In this document: positions 41,001-56,142 of the stretch, one piece after another
Layout of the letters: the number at the start of each line of letters is the position of its first letter
How positions within the stretch are numbered: position 1 is the first letter of the stretch
NCBI RefSeq assembly: GCF_963921235.1
Contig: NC_086127.1
Location: 3,286,001 to 3,350,000, forward strand
Direction of reading: 5' to 3'
From: Mobula hypostoma
Lineage: Eukaryota
Length of the DNA: 64,000 nt
Translations under genes and position numbers: made by a program
Notes under the pieces: model-generated
The model's input: the letters and a program-made list of their open reading frames with translations, nothing else
Told to the model about the DNA's origin: nothing
Databases searched by the model: none

Positions 41001-41977
41001 AGTTATGATGGCACAGACATAGAAACAGATACAGAGATAGGGAATGAGATAGAGATAGAGATTGAGATGCATATAGAGATAGAGATAGAGATTGTGATGG
41101 AGATAGAGACAGAGACTGAAATAGAGATAGAGACAGACATAGAGATAGAGAAACAGACAAAGATGGGAATAGAGATAGAGTTGGAGATGGGGACAGATGC
41201 AAAGATAGAGATGGAGATGGAGATTCAGACAGGCTCAGAAATAGCGATAGATTCGGAGATGGGGATGGAGATAGAGATAGAGATAAAGATGGGAATATAG
41301 AGATGGAGATGGAGACCGATAAAGAGAAAAAGATGAAGATGGAGATAGAGACAGATGCAAAAATAGCGATAGATACAAATATATAGAAGGAGATGGAGAT
41401 AGGTATGATAGAGATAGAATAGAGATGGAGGTCGAGGTGGACGTGAAAATGGAGATTGAGATACAGATTAATATAGAGATGGAGATAGAGATGGATACAG
41501 AGATTGAGATAGAGATAGAGAAGAAGATGGAGACGGGGATGCAGATTGATACCGAGATGGAGATGGGGATAGAGGTAGAGATAGAGATAGAGACAGAGAC
41601 AGGGATAGATATGGAGATAAAGGTAGAGACAGAAGCAGAAATTGAAGCAGAAATGGAGATGGAGATAGAGATAAATACGATGGAGAGAGACATGGAGACT
41701 GATATAGATATAGAGAATGAGATAGAGATAGAGAATGAAGGTACGGATAAAGATAGAACTAGAAATAGAGATGGAGATAGAAATGGAGTTAGAGATACAG
41801 ACAAAGTTTGGAATAGAGATAGAGATGGAGATGGAGATAGAGTTGGAGATGGAGATATATAGAGGGAGATGTAGAAATGGAGATAGAGTTGGATATAGAG
41901 ACTGAGACAGAGACCGAAATAGAGATATAGAACGAGATAGAGATGGAGATGGAGATACAGAGATATGGAATAAGATA

Positions 41978-43728
41978 GAGTAGTAGTAGTAGAGCTAGTA
42001 GTAGCAGCAGTCATACTTTATTGATCCCGGGGGAAATTGGTTTTCGTTACAGTTGCACCATAATAATAAATAGTAATAAAACCATAAGTAGTTAAATAGT
42101 AATATGTAAATTACGCCAGGAAATAAGTCCAGGACCAGCCTATTGGCTCAGGGTGTCTGACCCTCCAAAGGAGGAGTTGTAAAGTTTGATGGCCACAGGC
42201 AGGAATGACTTCCTATGATGCTCTGTGTTGCATCTCGGTGGAATGAGTCTCGGGCTGAATGTACTCCTGTGTCCAGCCAGTGCATTATGTAGTGGATGGG
42301 AGACATTGTTCAAGATGGCATGCAACTTGGACAGCATCCTCTTTTCAGACACCACCGTCAGAGAGTCCAGTTCCATCCCCACAACATCACTGGCCTTACG
42401 AATGTGTTTGTTGATCCTGTTGGTGTCTGCTACCCTCAGCCTGATGCCCCAACACACAACAGCAAACATGATAACACTGGCCACCACAGACTTGTAGAAC
42501 ATCCTCAGCATCGTTCTGCAGATGTTAAAGGACCTCAGTCTCCTCAGGAAATAGAGACGTTTCTGACCCTTCTTGTGGACAGCCTCAGTGTTCTTTGACT
42601 CGTACAGTTTATTGTCAATTCGTATCTCCGGGTATTTGTAATCCTCCACTGTGTCCACACTGACCCTCTGGATGGAAAAAGAGGTCACCGATACCTTTGC
42701 TCTCCTCAGGTCTACCACCAGCTCCTTGGTCTTTTTCACATTAAGCTGCAGGTAATTCTGCTCACACCATGTGACAAAGTTTCCTACCGTAGCCCTGTAT
42801 TCAGCCTCATCACCCTTGCTGATGCATCCAACTATGGCAGAGTCATCAGAAAACATCTGAAGATGACAAGACTCTGTGCAGTAGTTGAAGTCCGAGGTGT
42901 AAATGGTGAAGAGAAAGGGAGACAAGACAGTCCCCTGTGGAGCCCCAGTGCTGCTGATCACTCTGTCAGACACACAGTGTTGCAAGCACACGTACTGTGG
43001 TCTGCCAGTCAGGTAATCAAGAATCCATGACACCAGGAAAGCATCCACCTGCATCGCTGTCAGCTTCTCCCCCACCAGAGCAGGTGGGCGTAAACACAGT
43101 TCAGCAGGTAGACGATGGCATCCTCAACTCCTAGTCGGGGCTGGTAGGTGAACTGGAGGGGATCTAAATGTGGCCTGAACATAGGCCGGAGCAGCTCCAG
43201 AACAAGTCTCTCCAGGGTCTTCGTGATGTGGGAGGTCAATGCCACCGGTCTGAAGTCATTGAGGCCGCTGGGGTGCGGTGTCTTCGGCACAGGGACGAGG
43301 CAGGACGTCTTCCACAGCACAGGATCTCTCTGGAGCCTCATGCTCAGGTTGAAGACATGGCGAAGTACTCCACATAGCTGAGGGGCACAGGCTTTTAGCA
43401 CCCTGGTACTGTCAACATCCGGTCCTGCAGCCTTGCTTGGGTTGAGACGTTTCAGCTGTCTTCTCACCTGTTCAGCTGTGAAGCCCAACGTGGTGGTTTC
43501 GTGTGGGGAAGGGGTATAGTCATGAGAGCAGGGTGGGGGACTGTGAGGAGTGGTAGGAGGGGAGAGTGGAATATGTGTTGGTTGGGGGCCGACAACAGAT
43601 GACTCATGTGGTGGATGGGCAGGGGCCACTATGTCAAATCTGTTAAAGAACAGGTTAAGTTCGTTGGCCCTGTCCACACTGCCTTCAGCTCCTCTGTTGC
43701 TAGTTTGCCGGAACCCCGTGATAGTCCT
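41978..43728 (-). mobile_element. Rex1/Babar-clade non-LTR retrotransposon, 5'-truncated, RT with internal deletion
   Basis: ORFs 43060-43839 and 42140-43075: KAAGPD, WKTSCLVPVPK, NDFRPVALTS, TGAPQGTVLSPFLF, FSDDSAIVG, LQLNVKKTKELVVD; AATAAA and (TAC)n tail on minus; the expected DFSSAFNT block is missing at ~43080. Confidence 0.95.
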
Positions 43729-46705
43729 CAGATGGAAATAGAGGTGGAGATAGAGCTGTAGATGGTGATGGATAGAGAAATCGCGATAGAGATAGAGATG
43801 GAGATATAGAGATAGAGATAGAGATGGAGAAAGAGACATTGATAGAGAAAGAAATTGAGAGAAAAATTAGATATAAATAGGAACAGAGATAGAGATAAAA
43901 TCGAGAAAGATTTAGAATTACAGTTTGGTGTAGAGCTAGAACTAGGGAGGAGTTGGGGATATGGATAGCGATATATATCGATATTGAGACAGAGACAGAC
44001 ATCGAGATAGAGTGTGTAGAAGTAGAGATGGAGACAAAGGTAGACAGGGACGGAGATAGAGAGAAAGATGCAGATGGAGATGGAGTTGGATGTAGAGATG
44101 GAGATATTGACAGAGATTGAGATAGAGATTCAGATTGGAACAGAGACAGGAATGGGGATAGAGATAGAGATAGATGCAGAGACAGAGGCAGAAATAGAGA
44201 TAGAGACACAGATTTAGATGGACATAGAGTCAGGGATGATAGAGATAGACATAGAGACGGATATAGAGATGGAGGTGTAGATAGAGTGGGAGCTCTAGAT
44301 GGAGAAAGATAGATATAGAGAAAGAAAGAAATATATAGATAGAGATAGAGACGGAGATAGAGATAGTGATAGAAATAGAGATGGAGATAGAGATAGATAT
44401 GATGGAGATAACAAAGAGATGGATTTGGAGGTGGACGTGCAGGTTGAGATGGAGATGCAGATTGAGATAGAGATAATAAAGATAGTGATATAGGTAGAGA
44501 TAGAGATAAGAGATAGAGATGGAGATGGAGATGGAGATGGAGACGGAGACAGAGATGGAGATAGGGATAGAGAAAGAGATAAAGACACAGACAGAGATTG
44601 TGATGGAGATGGAGATGGAGATAGAGTTAGAGACAGAAATAGAGTAGGATATAGATATAGAGACGGATATAGAGATAGAGAATGAGATAGAGATAGAGAT
44701 AGAGATAGAGATGGAGATGGAGATGGAGACAGAGACAGAGACAGACTGAAATAGAGATGGAGACAGATATAGAGATGAAGATAGAGATAGAGATAGTGAT
44801 GCAGATAGAGATTGAGATTGAGATAGAGATAGTGATAGAAATGAAGATGGAGATGGATACGGAGATGGTGATAGATATAGAGATGGAGACGGACATGCAG
44901 ATGGATACCGAGATGGAGATAGAGATAGAGGTAGAGATAAAGATACGTGACAGAGATGGAGCTGGAGACAGATATAGAGATAGGGATAGAGATAGTATAG
45001 AGATAGAGACAGAGACAGGGATAGATATGGAGATAAAGAAAGAGACAGAAATAGAAATAGAAGTAGAAATGGAGATGGAAATAGAGATAAATATGATGGA
45101 GAGAGACATAGAGACTGATATAGATATAGAGAATGAGATAGAGGTAGAGATAGAGTTAGAGTTAGAGATAAAGATAGAGAATGGAGATACGGATAAAGAT
45201 AGAACTAGAAATGGAGATAGAGTTGGAGATGCAGATATATAAAGGTAGAGGTAGAAATGGAGATAGAGTTAGAGATAGAGATGGATATAGAGAATGAGAT
45301 AGAGACTGAAATAGAGATATAGAACGAGGTAGAGATATAGAGATGGGGATGGAGGTACATAGAGATGGATATAGAAACGCGATAGAGATAGAAATGCAGA
45401 TATAAAGATAGAGATAGAAATGGAGAAGAGACATTGATAGAGAAAGAAATAGAGCGAACATGAGATATGAATAGGAACAGAGAGATAAAATCGAGAAAGA
45501 TTTAGATTTACAGTTAGGAATAGAGCTAGAACTAGAGATAGAGTTGGGGATTTGGATAGCGATAGATATAGAGACAGAGACTGACATCGAGACACAGATT
45601 GAGATGGACATAGAGTCAGGGATGATAGAGATAGACATGGAGACGGATATAGAGATGGAGATAGAGATATAGATAGAGTGGGAGCGAGATGGAGATGGAG
45701 ATAGAGATAGTGATAGAGATAGAGATGGAGATAGAGGTGCAAAAGTAGATAGAGATAGAGATAGGTAGAGATAGACATATAGAAAGAGTTTGAGATAGAT
45801 GCAGAGATAGAGATAGAGATAGAGACAGGGACAGAAACAGAGATAGAGACAGAGGTAGGATTGACAGAGATAGACATAGAGATGGTGATGGAGGTGAAGT
45901 GGACATGGAGATGGAGATGGAGGTATAGATTGAGATACAGATCGAGATAGAGCTAGCGATAGAGATGGAAATGGAAATAGAGACAGAGACAGAAATAAAG
46001 ATGGAGATAGAGATAGATATGATAAGAGTTAGACATAGAGATGGATATAGAGATGGAGATAGAGAATGAGATAGAGATAGAGATAGAGATAGAGATGGAG
46101 ATATTGATTGACATGGAGATAGAGGTGGACCTAGAGATGGACATCGACATAGAGATAGATATAGAGAAAGAAATAGAGATATGGATAGCGATAGAGCTGG
46201 AGATAGATATAGAGATAGAAATACCGGTGGAGATAGAGATAGAGATGGAAATCGAAATAGAGATAGATAGAGATATGGCCACAGATACAGAGATAGATGT
46301 GGAGAAAGGGACAGAAATATAGATAGAGACCGAGATAAAGAAGGAGATAGAGACGGACACAGAGATGGAGATGGAGATGTTAAGTGGACATGGAAATGGA
46401 GATAGAAACCAAAATGGAATAGAGACAGAGATGGAGATAGAGATAGAGATAGAAATTGAGATAGAGATAAGGAAATAGGTGGGACTAGAGATAGAGATGG
46501 AGATAGTGATGGAAATAGATATAGAGAGAAATAGAGAAGAAGATACAGATGAAGAGAGAGAGAGATACAAATGGAGATAGGGATGGTGCTAGAAATAGAG
46601 ACTGAGACAGAGACTGAAATAGAGATAGAGACGGATGTAGAAGTGGAGATAGAGAACGAGATAGATATAGAGATGGAGATGAAGATATAGAGACAGATAT
46701 AGAGA

Positions 46706-46838
46706 NNNNNNNNNNNNNNNNNNNNNNNNNNNNNNNNNNNNNNNNNNNNNNNNNNNNNNNNNNNNNNNNNNNNNNNNNNNNNNNNNNNNNNNNNNNNNNN
46801 NNNNNNNNNNNNNNNNNNNNNNNNNNNNNNNNNNNNNN
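46706..46838. other. Assembly gap (133 N)
   Basis: Run of N. Confidence 0.99.
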
Positions 46839-49715
46839 ATAGAAATAGAAACAGAGATAGAGACGGAGATGGAGGTAGAGATGGAGATGGAGATAGTGAT
46901 AGAGATAGTGAAAGAGATAGAGATAGGGATAGATATCGAGATAGATTCAGATATGGAGATAGAGGTAGGGAAAGAGACAGAAATAGAGATAGAGACCGAG
47001 ATAGGGTCGGAGATAGAGATTTGTTGATAGAGCTGGACATAGAGAAGGAGATAGAAAAGGAGAGAGAGATGCAGATAGAGATGGAGACAGAGATCGGGAT
47101 GGAAATAGAGATAGAGATGGAGATGGAGATAGATAGAGACAAGATTGAGAACGGAGATAAAGACAGATGGAGATGGAGATGGAGATGGAGATGGAAATAT
47201 TGATAGAGATATAGATAGAGATTGAGATAGAGCCAGAGATAGGAAGGGATATGGAATTAGAAATGTGGACAGAGACAGAGATGGAGATGCAGATAGAGTT
47301 AGAGACAGAAATAGCGATCGAGACAGAGATGGAGATGCAGATAGAGTTAGAGACACAGATGATAGTGATAGAAATAGAGATGAAGACAGATATTGGGATA
47401 GTGTTGGAGATAGTGATAGAGATGAAGAAAGAGATACAGGTAGTGATAGAGATAGAAATAGAGTTGGGACTGAAGATGGAGATGGAGAGTGAGATAGAAA
47501 TACATAAAGAGAAATAAATAGACATAGATATGGAGATAGAGATATTGATGAAGATGGGGTAGAAACAGAGTTAGAGATGAAGATGGAGAGAGAGGGAGAT
47601 AGAAATTGGAGATAGAGATAGAGATAGAGATAGAGTTAGAGACCAGCATGAGAATAGAGATAGAGACAGAGATATTGACAGAATTACAAAGATAGAATGC
47701 AGATAGAGATAGTGTCCGAGTCGGAGATAGAGATAGAGATAGAGGTAGAGATCGAGATAAATATAGAGAGAGATAGAGACGGAGATGCAAATACAGATAG
47801 AGACAGATATAGAGCTTGACATAGAGATAGAAATAGAGAAAGAGATAGGGGCAGAGATGGATATAGAGGTAGGGAAAGGGACAGAAATAGAGATAGAGAC
47901 CAAGATAAGGACGGAGATAGAGATATTGTTGATAGAGCTAGACATAGAGAAGGAGATAGAAATGGAGATAGAGATGGAGATAGAGATGGGGATGGAAATA
48001 GAGATAGAGATAGAGATAGAGATAGAGACAAGGATGAGAACAGAGATAGAGACAGATATATTGATATAATTACGCAGATAGAATGCAGATAAAGATTGAG
48101 ACCGAAATGGAGATAGAGATAGAGACAGAGATAGAGATAGACATAAAGATAGAGATAGAGATAGTGTTAGAGATAGAGACAGAAATAGAGACAGAGATTG
48201 AGATAGAGATGAAGATGAAGATGGAGATGGAGATGGGGATATTGATAGAGATATAGATAGAGATTAAGATAGCGCCAGAGATAGGAATGGAGATGGAAAT
48301 AGAGATGGAGACAGAGACAGAGACAGAGGCAAAAATAGCGATAGAGACAGAGATGGAGAGTCAGATAGAGTTAGAGACATAGATGATTGAGATAAAAATA
48401 GAGACGGAGATAGATATTGAGATAGTGTTGGAGATGGTGATAGAGATGGAGAAGGAGATACAGGTAGTGAGAGAGATAGAAATTGAGTTGGAGCTAAAGA
48501 TGGAGCTGGAGAGGGAGATAGAGCTACATATGGAGAAAGAAATAGGGATAGAGTTGGAAATAGAGATATAAATAAAGATAGAGATGGGGTGGAAATAGAG
48601 ATAGAGATAGAGGTAGATAGAAATAGAGACAGAGATAGAGATAAATATAGAGAGAGACAGAGACAGAGATACAGATAGAGATAGAGACAGATATAGAGAT
48701 TGAGATAGAGATAGAGATAGAGATGGAAATGAAGATAGAGATAGGGACAGAGAGAGAAATAGAGATAGAGACCGAGATAGGGACGGAGATAGAGATAGAA
48801 ATGATAGAGCTAAACATAGAGAAGGAAATAGAAATGGAGATAGAGATGTATATAGAGATGGAGATAGAGATAGAGATGGAGATGGGGATAGAGATAGAGA
48901 CAAGGATGAGAACAGAGATAGAGACAGAGATATTGATAGAATAACAAATAGAATGCAGATAGAGATAGAGACTGAAGCGGAGATAGAGACAGAGACAGAG
49001 ATGAAGATGGAGATGGAGATATAGATAGGGATATAGATAGTGATTGAGATGGAGCCAGAGATAGGAATGGAGATGGATTTAGAGATGAAGACATAGGCAG
49101 AAATAGCGATAGAGACAGAAATGGAGATGGAGATAGAGTTAGCGACACAGATGATAGAAATAGAAATAGTGATAGAGATAGATATTGAGATAGTGATGGA
49201 GATTGTGATAGAGATCGAGAAGCAGATACAGGTAGCGATAGAGATAGAAATAGAGTCGGAGCTAAATTTGGAGATGGAGAGGGAGATAGAGCTATATAGA
49301 GAGAAGGAAATAGAGATAGAGATATAAATAAAGATGCAGATAGAGATAGGGGTGGAAATAGAGATATAGATAGAGATAGAGATGGATAGAAATAGAGATA
49401 GAGATAGAGACAAATATAGAGAGAGAGACAGAGACGGAGATACAGATTGAGATAGAGCCAGATATAGAGATTGACATAGAGATATAGATAGTGATAGAGA
49501 TACAGATACAGATACAGATAGAGACCGAGATAGGGACGGAGATCCAGATAGAGATGATAGAGCTAAACATAGAGAAGGAGATAGAAATGGAGATAGAGAT
49601 TGAGATGGAGATGGAGATAGAGATGAAGATAGAGATAAAGATAGAGATAGAGACAAGGATGGGAATAGAAATAGAGACAAAGATATTGATAGAAATACAA
49701 AGATAGAGGTACAGA

Positions 49716-49866
49716 NNNNNNNNNNNNNNNNNNNNNNNNNNNNNNNNNNNNNNNNNNNNNNNNNNNNNNNNNNNNNNNNNNNNNNNNNNNNNNNNNNNNN
49801 NNNNNNNNNNNNNNNNNNNNNNNNNNNNNNNNNNNNNNNNNNNNNNNNNNNNNNNNNNNNNNNNNN
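49716..49866. other. Assembly gap (151 N)
   Basis: Run of N. Confidence 0.99.
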
Positions 49867-51404
49867 AGGGATATAGATCGAGACTGAGTTAGAGCCAGAG
49901 ATAGGAATGGAGATGGAAATAGAGATGGCGACAGAGGCAGAAAGCGATAGAGACAGAAATTGAGATGGAGATAGAGATAGAGACACAGATGATTGAGATA
50001 GAAATAAAGGCAGATGGGACTAGCGATAGGGACAGAGATATGGACAGAAATACAAAGATAGAGGTGCAGATAGAGATAGAGACAAAGGCGGAGATAGCGA
50101 TATATATAGAAATAGTGTTGGAGCTAAAGATGGAGATGGAGAGTAAGATAGAAATACATAAAGAGAAAGAAATAGAGGTAGATATGGAGATAGAGATATT
50201 GATGGAGGTGGGGCAGGAATAGAGTTAGAGATGGAGATAGAAAGAGAGATAGAAATAGAGAGAGAGAGAAGGAGATGGAGATAAAGATAGAGATGGAGAT
50301 GGACATGGAAATGGAGATAGATAGAGATAGATATAGAGATAGAGACAGAGATAGAGATGGAAATGGATGTAGTGATTAAGATAGAGATAAAGTTAAAGAT
50401 AGAGATTGAGATTGAGATAGAGTTAGAGTTAGAGTTAGAGTTAGAGTTAGAGTTAGAGATAGAGATAGAGATAGAGATAGAGGTAGAGATAGAGTTAGAG
50501 ACTAGCATGAGAATAGAGATAGAAACAGAGATATTGATAGAAATACAAAGATAGAATGTAGATAGAGATAGAGACCGAGGAGGAGATAGAGCTAGAGATA
50601 GAGATAGAGATAGAGAGAGATAGAGACGGAGATGCAAATAGAGATAGAGACAGATATCGAGATTGACATAGAGATAGAGATAGGGACAGAGATGGATATA
50701 GAGGTAGGGAAAGAGACAGAAATAGAGACAGAGACGGAGGTAAGGACGGAGATATAGATATTGTTGGTAGAGTTAGACATACAGAAGGAGATAGAAATGG
50801 AGATAGAGATGGGGATGGAAATAGAGATAGAGATGGAGATGGAAATGGAGATAGAGATAGAGACAATGATGAGAACAGAGACAGAGACAGAGATATTGAT
50901 AGAATTGCTCAGATAGAATGCAGATAGAGATAGAGACCGAAGTGGAGATAGAGATAGAGACAGAGATAGAGATAGTATTAGAGATAGAGACAGAGATTGA
51001 GATAGAGATGAAGATGAAGATGGAGATGGAGACGGGGATATTGATAGAGATATAGATAGAGATTGAGATAGCGCCAGAGATAGGAATGGAGATGGAAATA
51101 GAGAAGGAGACAGAGACAGAGACAGAGGCAGAAATAGCGATAGAGACAGAAATTGAGAGGAAGATAGAGACTGAGACACAGATGATAGAGATAGAAATAG
51201 AGACGGAGATAGATATGGAGTTAGTGATGGAGATAGAGATGCAAAAGGAGATACAGGTAGCGATAGAGATAGAAATAGTGTTGGAGCTAAAGATGGAGAT
51301 GGACAGTGAGATAGAGATAGAGACAGAGATGGAGACGGAAATGGAGATAGTGATTGAGATAGAGATAGGAATAGAGACAGAGATAGAGTTAGAGATAGAG
51401 ATGG

Positions 51405-52343
51405 ATAGATAGATAGATACATAGATACATAGATACATAGATGACATATTTATTGATCCGGAGGGAAACTGGGTTTCGTTACAGTTGCACCAACCAAGTA
51501 ATATATATACAGTAATATATTAAAAAAAAACATAAATAATTAAATAATAATATGTAAATTGTGCCAGATGGAAATATGTCCAGGACCAGCCTATTGGCTC
51601 AGGGTGTCTGACCCTCCAAGGGAGGAGTTGTAAAGTTTGATGGCCACAGGCAGGAATGACTTCCTATGATGCTCAGTGTTGCATTTCGGTGGAATGACTC
51701 TCTGGCTGAATGTAATCCTGAGCCCAACCAGTATATTATGTAATGAATGGGAGACATTGTCCAAGATGGCATGCAACTTGGACAGCATCCTCTTTTCAGA
51801 CCCACCGTCAGAGAGTCCAGATCCATCCACGCAACATCACTGGCCTTACGAATGAGTTTGTTGATTCTGTTAGTGCATGCTACCCTCAGCCTGCTGCCCC
51901 AGCACGCAGCAAACATGATAGCACTAGCCACCACAGATTCATAGAATATCCTCAGCATCGTCCGACAGATGTTACAGTACCTCAGTCTCCACAGGAAATA
52001 GAAATGGCTCTGACCCTTCTTGTAGACAGCCTCAGTGTTCTTTGACCAGTCTAGTTTATTGTCAAGTCGTATCCGCAGGTATTTATGATCCTCCACTATG
52101 TCCACACTGACACCATGGATGGAAACAGCGGTCACCTGTGCCTTAGCCCTCCACGGGTCCACCACCAGCTCCTTAGTCTTTTTCACATTAAGCTGCAGAT
52201 AATTCTGTTCTCACCATGTGACAAAGTTTTCCACCGTAGCCCTGTACTCAGCCTCATCTCTCTTGCTGATGCATCCAACTATGGCAGAGCCATCAGAAAA
52301 CTTCTGAAGATGACAAGACTCTGTGCAGTAGTTGAAGTCCGAG
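51405..52343 (-). mobile_element. Second, shorter copy of the same Rex1/Babar family
   Basis: SDFNYCTESCHLQKFSDGSAIVG..KKTKELVVD..GGSDTLSQ*; aligns with 42020-42897; tail (ATCTATGT)n/(ATCT)n on minus. Confidence 0.95.
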
Positions 52344-53617
52344 ATAGAGATAGAGATAGAGAGAGAGAGAGAGGATAGAGATAGAGACAGAGATAGAGGT
52401 ATAGATAGATATTGAGATAGAGATAGAGATAAATATATATAGAGAAAAAGAGACTGAGATACAGATAGAGATAGAGAATGATATAGAGATTGACATAGAC
52501 ATAGAGATGGAGATGGAGATGGAGATAGAGATGGAGATGGAGATAGAGACAGAGACAGAAATAAAGATAGAGACCAAGATAGTGAGATAGAGATGATGGA
52601 GCTAAACATAGAGAAGGAGACAGAAATGGAGATAGAGATGGAGGTAGAGATAGAGATGGAGATGGAGCTGGAGATGGAGATAGAGATACAGATAGAGTCA
52701 GGGATGAGAATAGAGATAGAGACAGAGATACTGATAGAAATACAAAGATAGATGCGCAGATAGAAACAGAGATAGAGATAGTGATAGAGATAGAAATAGA
52801 GATAGAGACAGAGATGAAGATAGAGATAGAGATGGTGATGGGGATAGAGATGGAGATATTGATAGAGATATAGGTAGAGATTGAGATAGAGCCAGAGATA
52901 GGAATGGGGATGGAAATACAGATGGATACAGAGACAGAGAAAGAGGCAGTAATAGCGATAGAGACAGAAATTGAGATGGAGATAGAGACTGAGACACAGA
53001 TGTTAGAGATATAAATAGAGATGGAGATAGATATGGAGTTACTGATGGAGATAGAGATGGAGAAGGAGATACAAGTAGCGATAGAGATAGAAATAGTGTT
53101 GGAGCTAAAGATGGAGATGGAGAGCGAGATAGAAATGCATATAAAGAAAGAAATATAGATAGATATGGAGATAGAGATATTGATGGAGATGGGTAGAAAT
53201 AGAGTTAAAGATGGAGATAGAGGGACTGAGAGATAGAAATAGAGAGAGAGACAGAGATGGAGATAGCGATAGAGATAGAGATGGATATGGAGATGGAGAT
53301 AGAGATAGATATAGAGATAGAGACAGAAATGGAAGTAGTGATTGAGATAGAGATAGAGATAGAGTTAGAGATAGAGACAGAGATAGAGATGGAACTAGAG
53401 ATAGAGATGGAGATGGAGATGGAGACAGAGATGGAGATAGAGATACAGATAGAATCAAGTATGAGAATAGAGATACAGACAGAGATATTGATAGAAATTC
53501 AGAGATAGAGGTGCAGATAGAGATTGAGACAGAGGCGGATATAGAGATAGAGACAGAGATAGAGATAGAGATAGAGATGGTGATGGGGATAGAGATGGAG
53601 ATATTGACAGAGATATA

Positions 53618-54120
53618 GAGGATCAATGAGGCGGATCGATCAGTGGCTCTTGCAGTGAGAAAAGGGATTGACCGGTGGGGAGTTGTCCATGTTACCACCC
53701 TTGCCTGGGTTGATAATTCCACCACAGAGGAACGACCCCCTTTGTTGAAGTACAGTCGGTGACTTTTAAAGGATTTCGGAAGACAACGGGAAGATCGACA
53801 ACGTCAGCTCATCCGAAGACTCAAAACTCTCTCTCTCTCTCCATCACTACTCAACCCAAATCCACGAATTGAACTCAACTTTACTCATCATCGTAATACT
53901 ATATCTATTTAACCTTAGATTTGAAAAACCTTGGTTTTCAGATATTTCCACACTTACTGATATACTTACTGATATATAATCATTGCTAATCTGTTTGATT
54001 TATCTGCATTTATATTACTGTATTGCGTAGTTACTAATAAATATTAGTAAATAGCAATACCAGACTCCAAAGGGATATGCATTTCTGCTGGTTCTTTAAC
54101 CCGTCACGGGGTGTGTGACA
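53618..54120 (+). mobile_element. 5'-truncated duplicate of the LTR at 55390-56418
   Basis: Roughly 90% identical to 55873-56418; ends GTGTGACA followed by GAGCTAAAGATGG; AATAAA near its 3' end. Confidence 0.9.
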
Positions 54121-55389
54121 GAGCTAAAGATGGAGATGGAATGGGAGATAGAGATACATATAGAGAAAGAAATAGAGATAGAGATGGAGATAGAGATAAA
54201 GATGGAGATAGAGATAAAGAGAGATAGAAATAGAGATAGAGATAGAGATAGATATAGAGAGAGATAGAGACGGCTATAGAGATAGAAATCGAGATGGAGG
54301 TAGAGATGGAGATGGAGATAGTGATAGTGATAGAGAAAGAGAAGAGATAGAGACCGAGGTAGGAACGGAGACAGAGATATAGATGATAGAGATGGAGACA
54401 GAGATAGCGACAGAGGCAGAAATAGCGATAGAGACAGAGATTGAGATTGAGATAGAGATAGAGACACAGATGATAGAGATAGAGATAGAAATAGAGACGG
54501 AGATAGATATGGAGTTAGTGATGGAGATGGCGATAGAGACGGAGAAGGAGATACAGGTAGCGTTAGAGATAGAAATAGATTTGGAGCTAAAGATGGAGAT
54601 GAAGAGGAAGATAGCGATACATATAGAGAAAGAAATAGAGATAGAGATGGAGATAGAGTTGATGAAGATGGAGATGGGGTTGAAATAGAGGTCGAGATGG
54701 AGATACATATAGAGAGAGATAGAAATAGAGATAGAGATAGATATAGAGAGAGTTACAGATGGAGAGAGATCGCGATAGAGATGGAGGTAGTGATACAGAT
54801 AGAGATAGAGATAGGGATAGATATAGATATAGGGGTAGAGATAGATATAGAGAGAGATAAATATGGAGACAGAGATAGAGATAGAGATAGATACAGATAT
54901 AGAGACAAAGATGGGAATAGAGATAAAGTTAGAGATAGAGATAAAGAGGGAAATACTGATAGACAGAGATAGAGATAGAGATAGAGACATTGATAGAGAT
55001 AGAAATAATGAGAAATAATGACAGAGATAGCGATAAAATCGAGAAAGATTTAGAATTACAGTTAGGGCTAAAGCTAGAATTAGAGATAGAGTTAGATACA
55101 TCGATAACGATAGATATAGAGACAAAGATAGAGAGAGAGGCATAGCTCGAGTCAAACATAGAGGTAGGTATTGTGTAATGATGGAGTTGGAGACAAACAT
55201 AGAGCTGCAGACAGAGACAGAGGCAGAAATAGCGACAGAGACAGAGATTAAGATAGAGTTAGAGATAGAGACACAGATGATACAAATAGAAATAGAAGTA
55301 GAGATAGAGATGGAGATAGTGATAGAGATGGAGATAGAGATGGTGAACGAGATACAGGTAGCGATAGAGATAGAAATAGAGTTGGAGCT

Positions 55390-56078
55390 TGTGACGGGGT
55401 CCTGAATTAGCCCTATGAACTGAGCTTTTAAAAAGGGAGAGAGAGAGATTTATTTAACACTGACATCTTGTTTTAAGAGAGAGAAAAGGAAAGAGTGAGC
55501 GAGACAAAGACTGCTTTGAGCTGGTGTTATGAACCCCTAAGATTCATATATCCTGTGGACTGTCACTTTAAGGCACGAGGAGGAACTGAGACTAACTTTT
55601 GGATTTCTGCTGAGTTCGGAGAGAGAGGGCTCCGATCTTATGTCGCTATGGTGACCGAGGGCGGCGATATTTGATGGAAAATCGAGGTTATAGTTTCTCT
55701 AGAGCATGTTTATACTTCCCAAGGACATGGCTTGCTAGAGTATTCTTACGCCGACAAAGAAAGGAGGAGTTACGTGAAAGACAGATAAATAGGAGGTCAG
55801 ATAACAGACCTGCAACACATGTTTTTGGACACTGGTGAGCTTTGTTGTTCCCGCAGAAAAAGTGGATTTTTGGAGGATTGATGAGGCGGATCGATCAGTC
55901 TCTCTTGCAGTGAGAAAAGGGATTGACCGGTGGGGAGTTGTCCATGTTACCAAGCCTTGCCTGGGTTGATGATTCCACCACAGAGGAATGGTCGCCTTTG
56001 TTGAAGTCACAGTCGGTGAATTTTAAAGGATTTCGGAGGACAACGGGAAGATCGACGGCGTCAGCTCTTCCGAAGACT

Positions 56079-56142
<64 letters not shown>

